A stretch of DNA of 63,235 nt, filler included, from Sphacelaria rigidula (lineage: Eukaryota), in the NCBI GenBank assembly GCA_964200075.2. It is 6 parts of 6 records of this genome, joined end to end, with 100 filler letters (N's around TTAATTAATTAA, not from the genome) between each part and the next. Parts side by side here need not be neighbours in the genome. Positions count along the whole stretch, not along the records: positions 10,559 to 21,015 come from CAXNAA020006456.1; positions 21,116 to 31,571 come from CAXNAA020006457.1; 4 more parts are not named here. One strand, given 5' to 3'. Below the pieces are notes generated by a model. That model made no database searches. It had not been told where the DNA came from and saw only the letters and a program-made list of their open reading frames with translations. Shown here piece after piece: positions 10,651 through 23,930 of the stretch; position 1 is the first letter of the stretch, and the number at the start of each line of letters is the position of its first letter. The position numbers and the translations under genes were made by a program.

Positions 10651-13600
10651 GTGACGACACTGTTCGTAACGTCAGACTTCGGCATCATGATGCAAGACTC
10701 CTTTCAACTCGAGGAACCACTGGAAGCGCTGCTTGGACTGCAGGTACAGACGATCCTCAAGCACTTACTTTTTTTCATCCCATGCTTCACTCCCTTCCTA
10801 TCCTCGGGGCGAGTCCGTAGTTTCCGGAGATCACTCCGTCCCATCCTCCAGTAATTCCGTTGTTGCACTTTATCGTTGTCAAACATTGAATGATGACCTA
10901 TCCAGCAGGCCGCCGACTGTCTTCATCGAGTGGGTTACTCTGTTCAAACTCACGTTCTCATGGTTTTGGGCGACGAACACATAGAAACGATTCTCATGTC
11001 GGCATTGAATCCCACAAGATCCAACCGAAATAGTTTGACCTAGGCCTGACATCGCTGAGGTGAATTCCAATGCTGATGTACCACTTTGATCAACGAGGCA
11101 TGACGGCACTGATTATACCCCCAACTTCACTGAATTACGAGAAATTCGCCTCAACCATGGTAGATCTTGGTGGTTGCTACAGTGCGCTCCGCTGCAAAAT
11201 AGGTTTGGGATTCCCGTGGTAGTTGTCCTTGCCAATGTTTGTCACGACGTCGCCATAGCCGATGGACTCTAAACCTTCCACGACGTGGTCTACGAACGCC
11301 ACTATAATGAAAAAAAGCATATATGTCGACTTTTCGAATGGCTATAGAAAACCCCGGAAAATCGTAGAATCTGGCGCAACAGAACATGTTTGGACCCTCA
11401 TTTTTTTCACACAGGCTGTCGAATCCCTGTTGGTCTGTCGATCTTGATTCGATTTCATGGGCACTCCTATCTCTTCCCAGACGATATCAAGGTTGTTGTG
11501 CCACCCTCGTGCCCCTCGTGATACCATGAAAGGTAACCGTTGGTCATAGGCATCTCCCACGGTAATGGTAATATGCTCGACGAGGGAAGGTCATCGATGC
11601 CTTATCAGAAAAAAAACGTCATCATGGCACACTTTATCGCACTGTGAAAGGGTTCTATGATGGCCATGGGGATTTCATCCACCAGTGATCCTAAGGCACC
11701 GGGAAAAACAACGCCGCACACATCTCGATCCATCATATGACCACATGATTCACGGTACATATCAATCAACGAAACCAGTCCGGCAAGACGTCGGCAAGGC
11801 TGATGTCTCCCGCCGCGAATCTCATTACAAATGCTAGTAGTGGGCAGTTGCGCTAGCAGCTGTACGGCAGTGAAAACTAAGCCCGCTATGAACGTATTCA
11901 CACCGACCGTAGCACAGCGCATGGAAATCGCTTGTCGAATGCTTCCTGGATCTTGCTTCGTAGCGAATGTTACCGTTTACTCACCTTGGCCGCGCATATC
12001 CCGCGACAAAGATTGAGTTCTTCGCGAGGCAGAAAATGTTTGAGAATCAATGAATAAAATGAATAAATGGGTCAAAGTCGCCATACTCGCGCTCCCTTCT
12101 ACCACCCGCATCTACCCTCCCTCCTGCCCCCCGCCCCCGCATTACACGTCCGTTAGGTGCCCCGACTATACTTTACCGCGCGAGCAAGTTCTGGTGATGC
12201 CGACAAGCACGGGGACGACGGCGGGGATGGGGATGCAAATGAAGATGCAGCAATAGTGAAAGACCGAGGGCGAGGAGAAGTTGAGCGGGATGGACAGCGA
12301 CCAGTGGTAATGTCTAGGGTCTTGAGGGACTTCACCGGTCTGGACCAGGTAATCAGGAAGAACGAACTCAGTAGCCAAGGTTTGTGCAGACGGGGACTGC
12401 GATTGTAGGAATTGGAGAGTGCTCGAGTACAGTGCGAACTAACTGCTACCATCAATGCCTTGTGTATCTATGGCGTGTAGAGCTTCAAGCATAACGCGAA
12501 CGATTTCCAGCACGCGAATCACGAACAGCAATGAATCGACCAGGATCCGAGTTGTGGTTCCAAATATTGTTTCCCCTATCGTGTTTACTTGTGGCCTAGC
12601 TTGGATCCAGACATCCATAGAGAACAGACTAGGCAGGACCTTCCCCGCGACTTATCTGTGTCTTCAATCAGCACAAAATGACACAGATACGTGCGGCCTG
12701 CGCCAAGGGGATTCCCCCTTTCTCCTTTCTCTGAATCCCTTACTGGGTTGACTCGTCGAGCGCCCGCGTGTAGAGCTTCGGATGCATAAAAATAAGTCCA
12801 CGGCGTTGCATTATTGTGCAATCTCAATCTTGGATATGGGCGTCCATCTGAAAGATCCATCTGGGATGTGGACATCTGGGATGTAAATATTTCAGATGAA
12901 TTTTGTCGATAAGCATCCCAGACGAACGTCCTTGATGGCGATCTCCGATGTATGTGATAACCTAGATCGACATTCTAGAACACGTCCGTACTCCAGATGG
13001 ACACTCCAGATGGACATCCCAGATAAACATCCCAGATAAACATCCCAGGTATATATTGATATCCGAAATGTGTGTTCCAGGTGGGTATCCCAGATGAAGG
13101 TTGCGCAATAATTCAAGATTCCCAAGGGAGTCGTTACTTGAGTGTATGCGTGCCAACACTTTCCCTCAGAGCCCGTTGAGCATCATTAGCGATCTTGCAG
13201 TCGACTTCAGGTATATCCAGCGGTGCCACGATAATGCCACATTGTACTAAGTAAACCGCGCGACAGGCCATACCGTAAACGCTAGCTGAATAGTGCTACT
13301 ACCATGTGCCTGCGTTGTTACGCATAGAAATGTGTTCCACATTGATTCGCTTGTTTATCCTGTCTTAGGTAGACGAGAAGACTACGGCGGCGCTGCTTGA
13401 CTTCTCCTTACACCTGACTGTGGGAGATATGGACAAAGCCTACGCTGCCGTCAGACTCATCAAGAGCACCACCGTGTGGGAGAACATGGCGCATATGTGT
13501 GTCAAAACAAGGAGGTTGGACGTGGCAGAGGTGCGGCTATGAATGTCCAAAATGATGAGCATGAGGCAGCTAGGACCACTCGTTATTTCTATCAGAAACT

Positions 13601-16600
13601 TTTCTCTTGTTTCGTTCAACGCGGAAGGAGAGAAATTTGAAAGTTTTGCGTCCGTTTCATTCTTGAGTAAGTTCGAGCGATGGGCTGATGTTGTTTGTTT
13701 TCTGCTTCGGAATATAGGACAACCTACAGATAGATGGACATAGTCAACGGTACCGTGAATCTCGCTGCGAAAAGTTTTGATAGGTGGGAAATGGCAACGT
13801 TGAAGGTTAAATCCTTTACACTCATGACGCGGCTGCTAGGGAACTGCACTTTCACGCATGACTACATTATCTGAAGCGATTGATGATTTTTGTGCGACTG
13901 TAAATGTGTGAAAACCTTCGGCCTTCCGTAGTTGGCTCTGCAGTTAACTGACTTCCTGTCGAGATCAGAGTGTTGAAAACCAGTGGGCACTTCGGGGAAG
14001 GAAGACAGTCCCGCTCACAACACGCCAACCACTTCAGTCAACGGGTGAATCCCACAACTGCCTAGCCGAATTTCGTCGGAAACAGAGGCCCCACACTTGG
14101 CGCAATCCTGCGCTCATTCTAGCCGCGTGGGGGCTGCAGCGCGTGCGCTAGCGCATATCTGCGCGTCTAAACATGTTTCCTTCGGATGTTTTTGCCTACG
14201 CATTCCTGGCTCTTCGGTGTCTGGGTATAGCTTTGTCTCGGCAACATGGGCCACGCGCGCGGAGCGGCGGCAGTGCGGCTGGCTAAACAAGAACCCGAGC
14301 CGGAGGTCGCTATCGCTCAGGTGTGTGTGTCGTGTAGACTGTTTGTCGTTGCTACCGCAACCCCCTACCTCCTGGATATGAGCGTCATTATAAAGTTCCA
14401 AATAAACACGAGCACACACGCACTTTAAGACACGGCCCTAATATTCGCCAGTGTTTTCTGGTTGGTATAAACGATTTCACGGGGGTATATGGGACTGGGT
14501 TATATGTTTCGCAGATAAGGCGCACAGTAGAAGGCAATGCATGGTGGTGAGTTTTCTGCAGCGTGGCGTGTGAGACTGACGAGCATGATGAAACGAATCT
14601 CATACATCGTAGGTGGCGACACAGTTGGGTCTTTTGGACGACGCCGTGCGACTCTATAGGGAGTGCAGGCGATACGACCTACTAAACCGGCTGTATCAGG
14701 TGGGAACTGCGTACTGAATGTGCTATTGTTTATACAGTTGGCGCCATGTCACCAGCTATTGCACTCTTGGAGACATTCACTCTAGAGTAAACCCCTAATT
14801 AGCACTTCGATTGCGCATGTTCGTGACTCCGCTCAGGAGAGTTGGCCGGTTACTGGACTACACTCCTGATTGATTTAACGATTGATTATTTTATTGATTG
14901 GCGCACCTTAACTAACCACTCATGGGTCCAGCCGTGGTCGCATGATAGGCGTACTGTACTGTACCCAAGAAAACCAAGACTGAAACAGTCGCTGAAAAAA
15001 AGAAGAAACAGACAAAAAAAGTCGAACAGAACGATGTAGTAGACTAAGACGTTAAAAAAGAAAGAATTAAAAAAGAAGAAACATAAATCAACAAAAAAAG
15101 CTCCCACACACTACATACTCCATCGTGGCAGTCTGGTTCGGCAGTACACTGCAACCGGGCTCAGATGCCACCCTGTTTCCTGCCCATACAGTACCCTGCT
15201 TTGTTCCTGGGTTCCTTCTTGTTCCCTCCGTTTCCTGTTTTCTTGTTCCTTTCTCTTTTCCCTGCCTTCCTTCCCTGCCTTTCTTCTACGAGTAATTCCC
15301 TTTCTCTTATTTTTTCTTGTTTCATCTCTTTTTATTTTCATTCCTGAAGTCGCATAAGTGTTCGTGCCTCGCTTGCCTCCAGAGCTGGGGGATGACAATT
15401 CCTCCCTAAATAGCGCCGTTGCCGGAGAGCTGAGCCTCAGCGTGCTTCCTCGATCTTGCTTATTGTATGGCCTCCTAAGCTAAAGTATTACCAGGGGACT
15501 ATCGGGTTTTCGCTGGGAATAACTACCACTTCTTTACCTGGCATTTTTTATAGCTGGCGTTTACCTAGTCTCTTTTCTTTATTGCTGTGCAATTCCTTGT
15601 TTCTCGAGTTCCGTTCGGCGAGTGTTTCCGTTATGTTTACCTTCGTTATTATTCATTATCACGTAATAATTTATTTTATTTGTCGCACTTTGAACCCCCC
15701 CCCTTGCTCGAGACGAGTCCGTGATCTCTCCACGGTACACGCCTGCCTTGCATTTTGGTCTAGCAGAGTGGGTCATGACTATCAGCACTCCCGCACCGCG
15801 TCAACTCACGTCAAACATACTCAGTCGAATATTTTGTTTACTCGCGTTCTCACGCTTTTCACGGTGGAAATAATACATTACGAAGAAATCCCCCGACCCA
15901 TCGGGAATCGAACCCTCGTTCTCTCCACCCTAATGGCAACAGTAGGACCATTACACCACCGGGGCGCGGCGAAACCTTGAACACGTATATCTTGCGGATA
16001 ATGACTACGGCTGGATCATGACTGATAGCGGATGACTCAATATGCGACAATGCATCAACCAACCATGAGCAGAAGTGGATAAGGCGATTTGAAAACGTTT
16101 AATATTAGAAGAAGAATTCTACACCATGCAACAACTTTCTCGCCCCTGCACGAGGGGAGTCGTCGCCGTGTAAACTGTACATCATCAGAAGCCATAGTCG
16201 TGAAGCGTAATATATCCCATAAGACGGAGGGATGTCGGAGGGGAAGGCATATTTATGTCAAGTGCGTTTGAATATTTATTGAAATCGACTAGCTTTCCAT
16301 CATACTAGCATCAACTTGTCCCTTCCCATCGCAACTGACTGCAAGTTGTGCTGAATGCTCGGGTTGGGCCAATAATGAGGTTCAAATACAGTGGTGGTTG
16401 AAATAAATGTTTGGAGCAGACAGACAGAGACAGAGACAGAGACAGAGACAGAGACAGACAGAGAGCGGCTGAGCATGGAACCCAACAGTGCACACCTAAC
16501 AGGACCCTAAAACCATCTACTAGCTCGAAACACACTGGAATAAAACATTTTGTATGAGTTAGTTGACTAGTGCTACTTTCTGCAAACCCGGGGGAGGAGC

Positions 16601-19600
16601 GGGGGGGGTGTACTCATGATTATACATGCCATAGTCATAAGACCATTGAGGAGCGGGAGTGAGGGGGCGTACTCATTTTGCTTGTCTTGGTCGTTTGACA
16701 ATTGATCACGCATCCATTTCGAGACGGGGCACCGTTCCTACTCCTGATAGGGAGACCTCCAACATTTGGGCGCTCACTGAGTTTCTTCCGTACATTACAC
16801 AAAAGCACTTTACATATTTCATTCCTTCCTATCTCGCCCTCTGTGGCCATCATCTATCTCCTAGTATAGCGATCGTTTTCTCCTTACTGTAGTACCTTAT
16901 GTGCCAAACGATGTCATGCCACCTTCGTTTACTTCTCACATTTCCCCCTCTAGCATGTCCCATCCCTCCTTGTATAATTCACATTCTCCCGCGATATGAG
17001 CTCTACTCTCTAGGGGCGGGTGGAGGTACTGTGATTCCTGATGGAAAATTACGAGTTCTCCTGCCTCGTGCATGTCAGGCTGCAGGGTTGTGGGAACGTG
17101 CCCTAGAGGTGGCCGAAGAGCATGACGGCATTAACCTGTCCACGACGCACCACCTGTACGCACAGCACCTAGAAAAGGTGAGAAATCAAGATCTCGAACA
17201 GCAACGCATGATTATGACTCAGTCTATCGGACCACTTCATTTCGAATCAGGACATGTGATGCCGCACGGTTACGCCGGGGCTGAAGATATGTGAAGTGGA
17301 TAAGAGCCGATTACCGAAATTGAGGATAGACCTTTTCATTGAGGATGAGAACCCGGAGGATTAAAATCTTCGTATCCACACCAAATCTTCGAAATATGGT
17401 TCCATTCCTCCACCTGCTGGTAGCTATTGACAACTGCTATACGTCATACAAGTTTCGATTTCGATAACCGAAATGTTGAGGTTCTAGGTGAAAGTAGCCC
17501 CCAGTTGGCATTGTTGTATTTTGCGTGTTCAGGCGGACAATGAATAGCACACCTTTTGTTTGGTAGCGCGGGTTTTTTCTCACCAAAGCCGCATCACTGC
17601 TGCAGGCACAACTCAAGGCATGGAACTACATCTCGTGAACCATGCCTTGAACAAGATATTGGAACACCACATGCACTCTTGGGACTGACTCCAGTCTCTG
17701 CAAGGTGTAACGTCAAACACGACTTAACCTCTCGAAGGACGATCCCGCAGACGACGTAGTTAGTATTTACGGTCGACCCGAGCCCATAGTTTCAAGTGGT
17801 GTATCCCTCAAGCTGGAGTGCTGAAAAATGAAAATAGGTCGGCGACACGGCGGGAGCCATTCATCACTACGAGAAGGCGGGGACGCACTGCGTGGAGGTA
17901 CCGCGCATGCTGTTCGAGCGGGACAGGGTTGAAGATCTGGAGCAGTACATTACCCAGGTACTGCGTGTAGAGCCTGAACATCGCACCAGTGACCCCAGCC
18001 GGAATGCTATCCTCTTCGAATTTTAGAAGTCGCTAAACGTTCTCGCCAACACAAAGCAAGTATGCAAAAATGAAGCAGGTGTGCCGTTAACCGTGCTCGA
18101 ACGGTCGTGTTGGGTGAGACCAGACTCGAAAAAATGGCACCGGAAAAGCATGGCATAACTTCTTCGCCATCAGCTTGTCGCACGCAAGAACCGCGGTGGG
18201 ATCGATGAAGTTTTTTTCGCGGTCACTACCGAACTAACGGGGGCTGAAGATCCGTAGACAAGTGCCGCCATCACGACGAATGAAGAATGATCCGAAGAAT
18301 GATCTCCATAGCGACAGCAGCTCTTGTCATAACCTTTTCCTTCGCCAACGCTTCTGTTGCACCTGTTTCAGGGGAACAACACGGAGTTACTGAAATGGTG
18401 GTCTCAGTACATGGAATCGAGGGGGGAGTTCGACAAGGCCCGGGCACACTACAGCAACGCCCTCGACTATTTATCCGTTGTCAGACTCGCATGTCAAAGT
18501 GGCGATGTTGATCGGGTAAGTCTCAATCAATTACAGCACTGTTGGAGTACAACACCTCCGTGGTGACATGGGTTTCTACCTTGATCGTTTCGAACTCTGG
18601 GGCAGTAAGTCCTTACGGCAGCGCCGCGAAGGGCTTACGTTGATGGAAAGATCTGGATCTGATCTGATGAAAGGGACGACTTGCGGGATTTCCTTGTGTG
18701 GTTGTTCCAGCAGAAAAATCGGAGTCAAAGTAACAGGGAAAATGCGAAGTTTACAGCAAAAAATATGAGGTTCAAGTCGCGTAGCATGCAAGTTAGATTC
18801 TTCTGGTTAGTTTTTTGGCCAGCTACTGTATGCCACATTCCACGGCGACCCGCACTCTTTTACTGCTTCTTCCGTGGAGTTACACTGTGTTACGCACACC
18901 ACTTGGTGTGTTTCCTCCTCAGACTCTTGGTATGTGCCGACCAGAACGTGCGACTCTATTTCGTGAATTCTGAATGAACACACTGAAGCTGAAATTATCA
19001 CGATCTCGGCCTTCTTTTTGCTCATTTAGGCAATCGACATCGTCAACGAGTCGGGTTCAGCACCGGCTGCTTACCATCTTGCGAGACATTTGGAAGCGGT
19101 GGGCAGGACGGCGGAGGCGGTGGCATTTTACACACGCAGCAGTCGTTTCAATCACGCCATACGGCTGACCAAAGACCATGGCATGGATTCCGAGGTAAAC
19201 AGTCTCCCAGCGGTCTCAACGTCCGTATTAAACGGCCGTGCTCTTATCCCCCGCGATTATTCCAAGTCCGATCATTGTCTTGGCTGTGACCAACGATCAA
19301 GCTGCGATGACGTTGGGAATGCTGACAAAAGCCAGATACGAAACAGAAATTACTTCCTCTGAGAAAGAACAACCAGCCTCGTGTTTTGGAGGGGCGGAGA
19401 GTAGCGAACAAATTCTCAAATAGTCCTGACAGGAGATCCCAGTACTGTGTCTTCATCCACATTCCACCACCCTCTTGCCGGACATATGCACATGACAACG
19501 GGACTTTTCCACAGCCACCGCGGCGTGGCACACGCCGTGCAGAGACTCGGGAAAGAGGCAGTCGAAATACCCCACCGGTCACGAAGACATTTAACCGACC

Positions 19601-20007
19601 TCAACAGATAGACGATGGTTGCGGGCTAAGTGATATTTCTGATCAGTCAGACGTAACTACCATATCGCCCTCATTGATTGGCTATCTATGCCGCAAACAT
19701 TTTTGAGCCATGTTCATTCCTTGCACTTTGTCCATTCATGTCTCGTGCTGTGCCCATTCTCTAGTTGATGGGATTCGCGCTGAAGAGCAGACCGAGCTTA
19801 ATGGTATCTGTAGCCCAGCACCTGGAGAGCAAGGGAGAGTTGGAAAAAGCGGTTCAGCTGTACCAGAAAGCGGGCGATGTAACGCGAGCTTTGGACCTGT
19901 GCTTCCGAGCTGGAACACGGGACGGAGGAGGGGAAGGGCACAGGCCGGGAATGTTCGACACACTGAAAGCCATGACGGATGATCTTGGAGCGAACGCGTC
20001 TCCACAG
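10651..20007 (+). CDS. IFT140: Intraflagellar transport protein 140 (IFT-A), partial internal segment, 10 exons, 465 aa
   Basis: Exons 10651-10743, 12157-12348, 13369-13530, 14231-14320, 14613-14699, 17079-17177, 17838-17957, 18372-18515, 19030-19194, 19765-20007 join in frame through nine GT-AG introns. Peptides match IFT140: [131 protein letters not shown]. Confidence 0.96.
12810..13112. mobile_element. Foldback MITE in IFT140 intron 2
   Basis: Imperfect TIRs attattgtgcaatctcaatcttggata / tatcccagatgaaggttgcgcaataat; internal atctgggatg and catcccagat motifs in opposite orientations. Confidence 0.65.
14865..15100 (-). mobile_element. LINE-type 3' end in IFT140 intron 5
   Basis: Same sequence family as 413-628, with degenerate ttga repeats. 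Confidence 0.6.
15667..15965 (-). mobile_element. tRNA-derived SINE
   Basis: Minus-strand head GCCCCGGTGGTGTAATGG (A box) and GGTTCGATTCCC (B box) without a proper acceptor stem; ~200-nt body and an A-rich tail (acaaataaaataaat); body motif cacggactcgtctcg has a near match at ~62117. Confidence 0.7.
16417..16462. repeat. (GACAGA)n microsatellite
   Basis: Direct reading. Confidence 0.9.
16604..16647 (-). mobile_element. Family 1 retroposon, ~45-bp 3' tip with TSD
   Basis: gggggtgtactcatgat..gaccatt flanked by gaggagcggg at 16594-16603 and 16648-16657. Confidence 0.75.
17305..17495 (+). mobile_element. Half copy of the foldback MITE family at 56846-57291 (another fragment at 20903-21015)
   Basis: Shared attgaggat..cttttcattgaggatgagaacccgg. 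Confidence 0.6.
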
Positions 20008-20196
20008 GCATGTGTTTAGGGAGAAACTCGATATCATAACACGAGTCGGCAGATGGGTGATACAATCACAAGTCCGAGTGTGGCCTGCAATTAGTATGTG
20101 GCCAGTGCTGTAGGTTTCATTAGACTGGCCAGTCACCAGATATTGTTCGCCCGGTGTCACAGAGTGCTTTTGCTCACCTAGGATACATGTGCGTAC

Positions 20197-20260
20197 GTAT
20201 GTATGTATGTATGTATGTATGTATGTATGTATGTATGTATGTATGTATGTATGTATGTAT
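20197..20260. repeat. (GTAT)16 microsatellite
   Basis: Direct reading. Confidence 0.95.
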
Positions 20261-21015
20261 GGATGGATGGATATATGCCCTTGCCCCTGTCTATCCTCCC
20301 TTCGTCTTGAGTCTCTTGACGAAATGTTTCCATTTATTCACCTTGGGTACGCCTATCTTGTGGATAATGACCACCACTTTATTGTTGGCGGATCCGGATC
20401 GGTGGATGTGCGACAGTTGACACACACAAATGTTTATGTATTGGCCAACTCCTTTCCTTTCTCGGGGCGACTCCGCGATATCAAGAGATCGAATCATATC
20501 TCCTCCAGTACGCACCGGATAGGTACGCGGGGATAATATACGTAGAAGGCTTTATGTAATACGTCGAAGAAACGTAATGAGCATCGAAATGTTGGAGGTG
20601 TCTCAAATTGGGGTAGGAACAGTGCCCCGTCTCGAAAGGGATGCGTGGTCAACGGCCAAACGACTAAGGCAAGCAACAAATGATCCCGCCCCCCCCCCCC
20701 CTCCCTCGTACGCACCTCACATTTTGGCATCAAGGATTGGATCGTGGCTATCGTTTAACAGATTCTCTTTGCTACTCACGTTCTCACGTTTACAACCATA
20801 GGAACCAGATAGTATGTCGAAACCTGAACACACACACTATAACCACTGGATGAAATATTGTGGTTGTTTTATTGGCTGGTTGGTTGATTGTCGCACATCA
20901 AACAGCCAATCATCTATGTTGAGGATGGTGCTTTTGATTGAGGATGAGAACCCGGAGGATTACGACATGTAGCAGTTATAATTAGCTACCAGTAGGTAAA
21001 GAAATGGAACCATAT

Positions 21016-21115
21016 NNNNNNNNNNNNNNNNNNNNNNNNNNNNNNNNNNNNNNNNNNNNTTAATTAATTAANNNNNNNNNNNNNNNNNNNNNNNNNNNNN
21101 NNNNNNNNNNNNNNN
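21016..21115. other. Artificial contig linker
   Basis: Same 100-bp linker. Confidence 0.98.
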
Positions 21116-21154
21116 GTTCCTACTCTATCGTCTATCGGGGGGGAGGGGGGGGGG

Positions 21155-21660
21155 GGGGGTGTACTCATGATCATGCATGCCATAGTCATTAGACCATTGG
21201 CCTCGCCTTCTTACAAAGCTGGTACGGGGCACGCCGGGTTTTCCCCGGGCCAGGCTTGCACTCTATCACCAAGCGCAGAGCGCCGTGGTGTGTTCCGCGA
21301 GTCGCATGAAGGGTGAACTGCATCCTGCTAAGATTGCTCGGTCCGAAGCGTACTAATTATATCTTGCACTTGGACGACAGCGTACAATGTGTTGCTATAT
21401 TTTCTGGTATCGCCACTTCCAGGGACAGCCACGGCTTATACACTGCCTCCTGGGTGTCTCACCATGTAAACACTACGTTGTATGATCATGCTCATTGTGC
21501 GGAGTTGAGGTTGTCCCACGCCGCACAACATGATCTAGCTCGACTACCATCATAACTACCGCAAAACAAAAGCAAGCGCGCAAAAAAAACGGCAACCTGG
21601 TTGCCTAGCTTACCCAGTGAGTGGCATGTTTTATAGAGTCATCGCCAACCCACGCCAACC
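21155..21660 (-). mobile_element. Family 1 poly(C)-tailed retroposon, long copy
   Basis: G-run then tgtactcatgatcatgcatgccatagtc ... gcctagcttacccagtgagtggc. Confidence 0.8.
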
Positions 21661-21758
21661 CCATCAAGGGTCCGCCCCTACAAAGCCGGGACGGAGCACG
21701 TACGGAGGAGTTTGGGGGGTAGCCAAATGGCCGCGTGTGTTCCCATCACATAATTCTC

Positions 21759-21836
21759 GTCCATCCGTCCCGGCTTTGCAGGGATGCGAGGTCAATGGTC
21801 TTATGACTATGGCACGCATGATCATGAGTACACCCC
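21759..21836 (+). mobile_element. Family 1 retroposon 3' tip with 10-bp TSD
   Basis: cataattctc at 21749-21758 and 21837-21846. Confidence 0.75.
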
Positions 21837-21846
21837 CATAATTCTC

Positions 21847-23930
21847 CTGAATGTTTCAGCTTTGGTGCAATCACATTAATCAGAACACGTCTCTTAATCC
21901 TAGTATCTAGGCGCGAATCTCGAAGGAACACGTCCGTGTCGCCTATCTGTGCCCTACCCTTTTCTATTACTTTATTAATGTGTGCGTCCCAAGAACAGTG
22001 TTTTTAGATTTCTATGCCAAGGTAAGTGTTCTAGTCTACGATATATAGTTACTCCTCACCCCATTTCCGTTTGAGACCTACCGGGCTTTCCTTATCTTGT
22101 TACATACTAGTACCGCGTATTTGTTTACATTCGCCGTCCCTATCCACTTCCTAGCGTATTCTACCACCTTCTCTATTTACTATTGCAATCCTTCTGGTGA
22201 TTCTGATATCCCCACGAAATCATCCGCGAACATCAATCCCGATACCGTGTCCGCCCTCACCGTGGCTCTTTGCTTTGAGCTTCTATTGCTATTCCGGTAT
22301 CAGTTCACTGACAAGTACTTCGAGTAAAATATCAAAAGATTTCGAGATATTCCCGGCGTGCATCATGACCCTTTTGGCACATTCTGCCATCTTCACCATT
22401 CTCCACATCTTCCCGCTGGTCCCAGTTTTCCAAAACATTTTCTACAGCCCATTTCTCCACACTGTGTCGTAGGCCTTTGGTACGTCTAGAAATAAACAAC
22501 ACGTTGTCAGCCCGGCGTCTTTCCTACCTTGCATAATCTCACCTAATGTGTAAACATGGTCCACGCAACTACGGTTCGGTCAAAAAAGTTCTTGCCCTTC
22601 GCCGATTTTTTCTTCGCCATTCTCTAGCATCGTGCCTGTGGAATATTCTCTAGCGTCGTTCCCGAGGTATCATTCTGAACCTTACAAAATGGTTTCCCTA
22701 CGGTGCTCAGTAGCGTTATCATTCTATAATTTCCTGGGTCGGCCTTGCCTCCTTTCTTGAAAATGTCCATTACTGCTCCTTCTCTACACCTCTTGGGCGT
22801 GTACTCGTGTTCTCATGTCCAATTATACAACACAGCTATCATTGTAATTATCCCCTCTCCCCAGTATCTTGAGAAACTCATTCACTATTTCGTCTGCCTC
22901 TGCTGCCTTTCTGTTCTCGAGTTTCGCGACACACTCCTTTACTTCATCGCTGGTAAATTCTCTCTGAAATTCTTTGGAGCCACTATCCTCCCGTGTTGAT
23001 GTCTCTATATTTGCCTCTGCCCACGCGTTGATTTCTGTTTCGAATTTGGTGTGGAGTCTCGTGTTAATTTTTGGTTCTCCTCGTTTACGCTAGTGCTCTG
23101 CTAGTACTCATATCTTCCCTTTCGAGCTACTAACCATATTGCCGTTACGTGCTCGCAGTGTGGCCATCCCTTTCTTCATCTTCTCTGTCTGGGTTCCCAT
23201 TATCCCTTTTACCCCTACCCATGTTTGCTTCATCCCGCCATGGAGATATTCATTTGTGTTATTCACTACATCTTTCCATCTCCCTTCCTTTTTTGAGCTT
23301 GAGCATACTTGTCCCATCCTACCCTGGTTTTTACTCAATATATGTATCCTGCGTGTGCTTGCTTTCCTTACCGGTTTTGTCTTTTACTTCCTCATGCTAC
23401 CATTTTACTACTCTGTTGCATACGATCAGTTTGTTCCCTATGGCCTTACTTGCTGTGATCTTGACCAATTGCTCCCATCCTCCTACAATCTTCGCTCCTG
23501 CCCGATCCCTTTCCATCCCAGTATTAACTGCACCTACTCTTTTCAACAACTCGGAATATTTCACCGAATTTTTGCTTATCGCTTCTTGAAACGCGTGCTG
23601 TTTCCCTTGTACTTATAGTTGATATATTCTCCATTTGTACAGCTTCCTCCCTCGCCTATTTGTTATAGCTCTTCTAACCCATGCCACCTTACTTGTCTGT
23701 ATTCCTCTTCACTCCTTGCACGCGCTCTGTTTGTGGCATGACTCGAAATGTTATCTCTTCCTTTCCACTGTTCCTATCGCCAAACACAATGTTCCTATTT
23801 CATTGCATTTCCTTCTAAACTTCATTCTCGTCATACCGCTACGGACTCCAAATACCAGTACTACCAGTACTTTATCTGTCCACTCTTGACTTCTCCATCC
23901 ATCATTCCCTACCGTCTCTCTCAACCTCCT
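21847..23930 (-). mobile_element. Decayed non-LTR retrotransposon (LINE) ORF2, reverse transcriptase region
   Basis: Minus-strand motifs FKKGGKADPGNYR.ITLLSTVGK, PNRSCVDH, LFLDVPKAYDTVWRNGL (~22445-22495), GLMFADD (FADD at 22219-22230), TYLGIEI; many stops and frameshifts. Confidence 0.9.

Noticed and set aside
11243-11268. Potassium-channel filter-like SIGYGD on the minus strand
   Set aside because: Frame interrupted by stops, no flanking pore helix or following TM segment; likely chance
15890-15965. tRNA gene on the minus strand
   Set aside because: A and B boxes are present but acceptor and anticodon stems do not form; better explained as a SINE head
21155-21837. A 683-bp element with ~75-bp TIRs
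   Set aside because: The right 'TIR' has its own 10-bp TSD (cataattctc), so it is an independent insertion of the same family in opposite orientation
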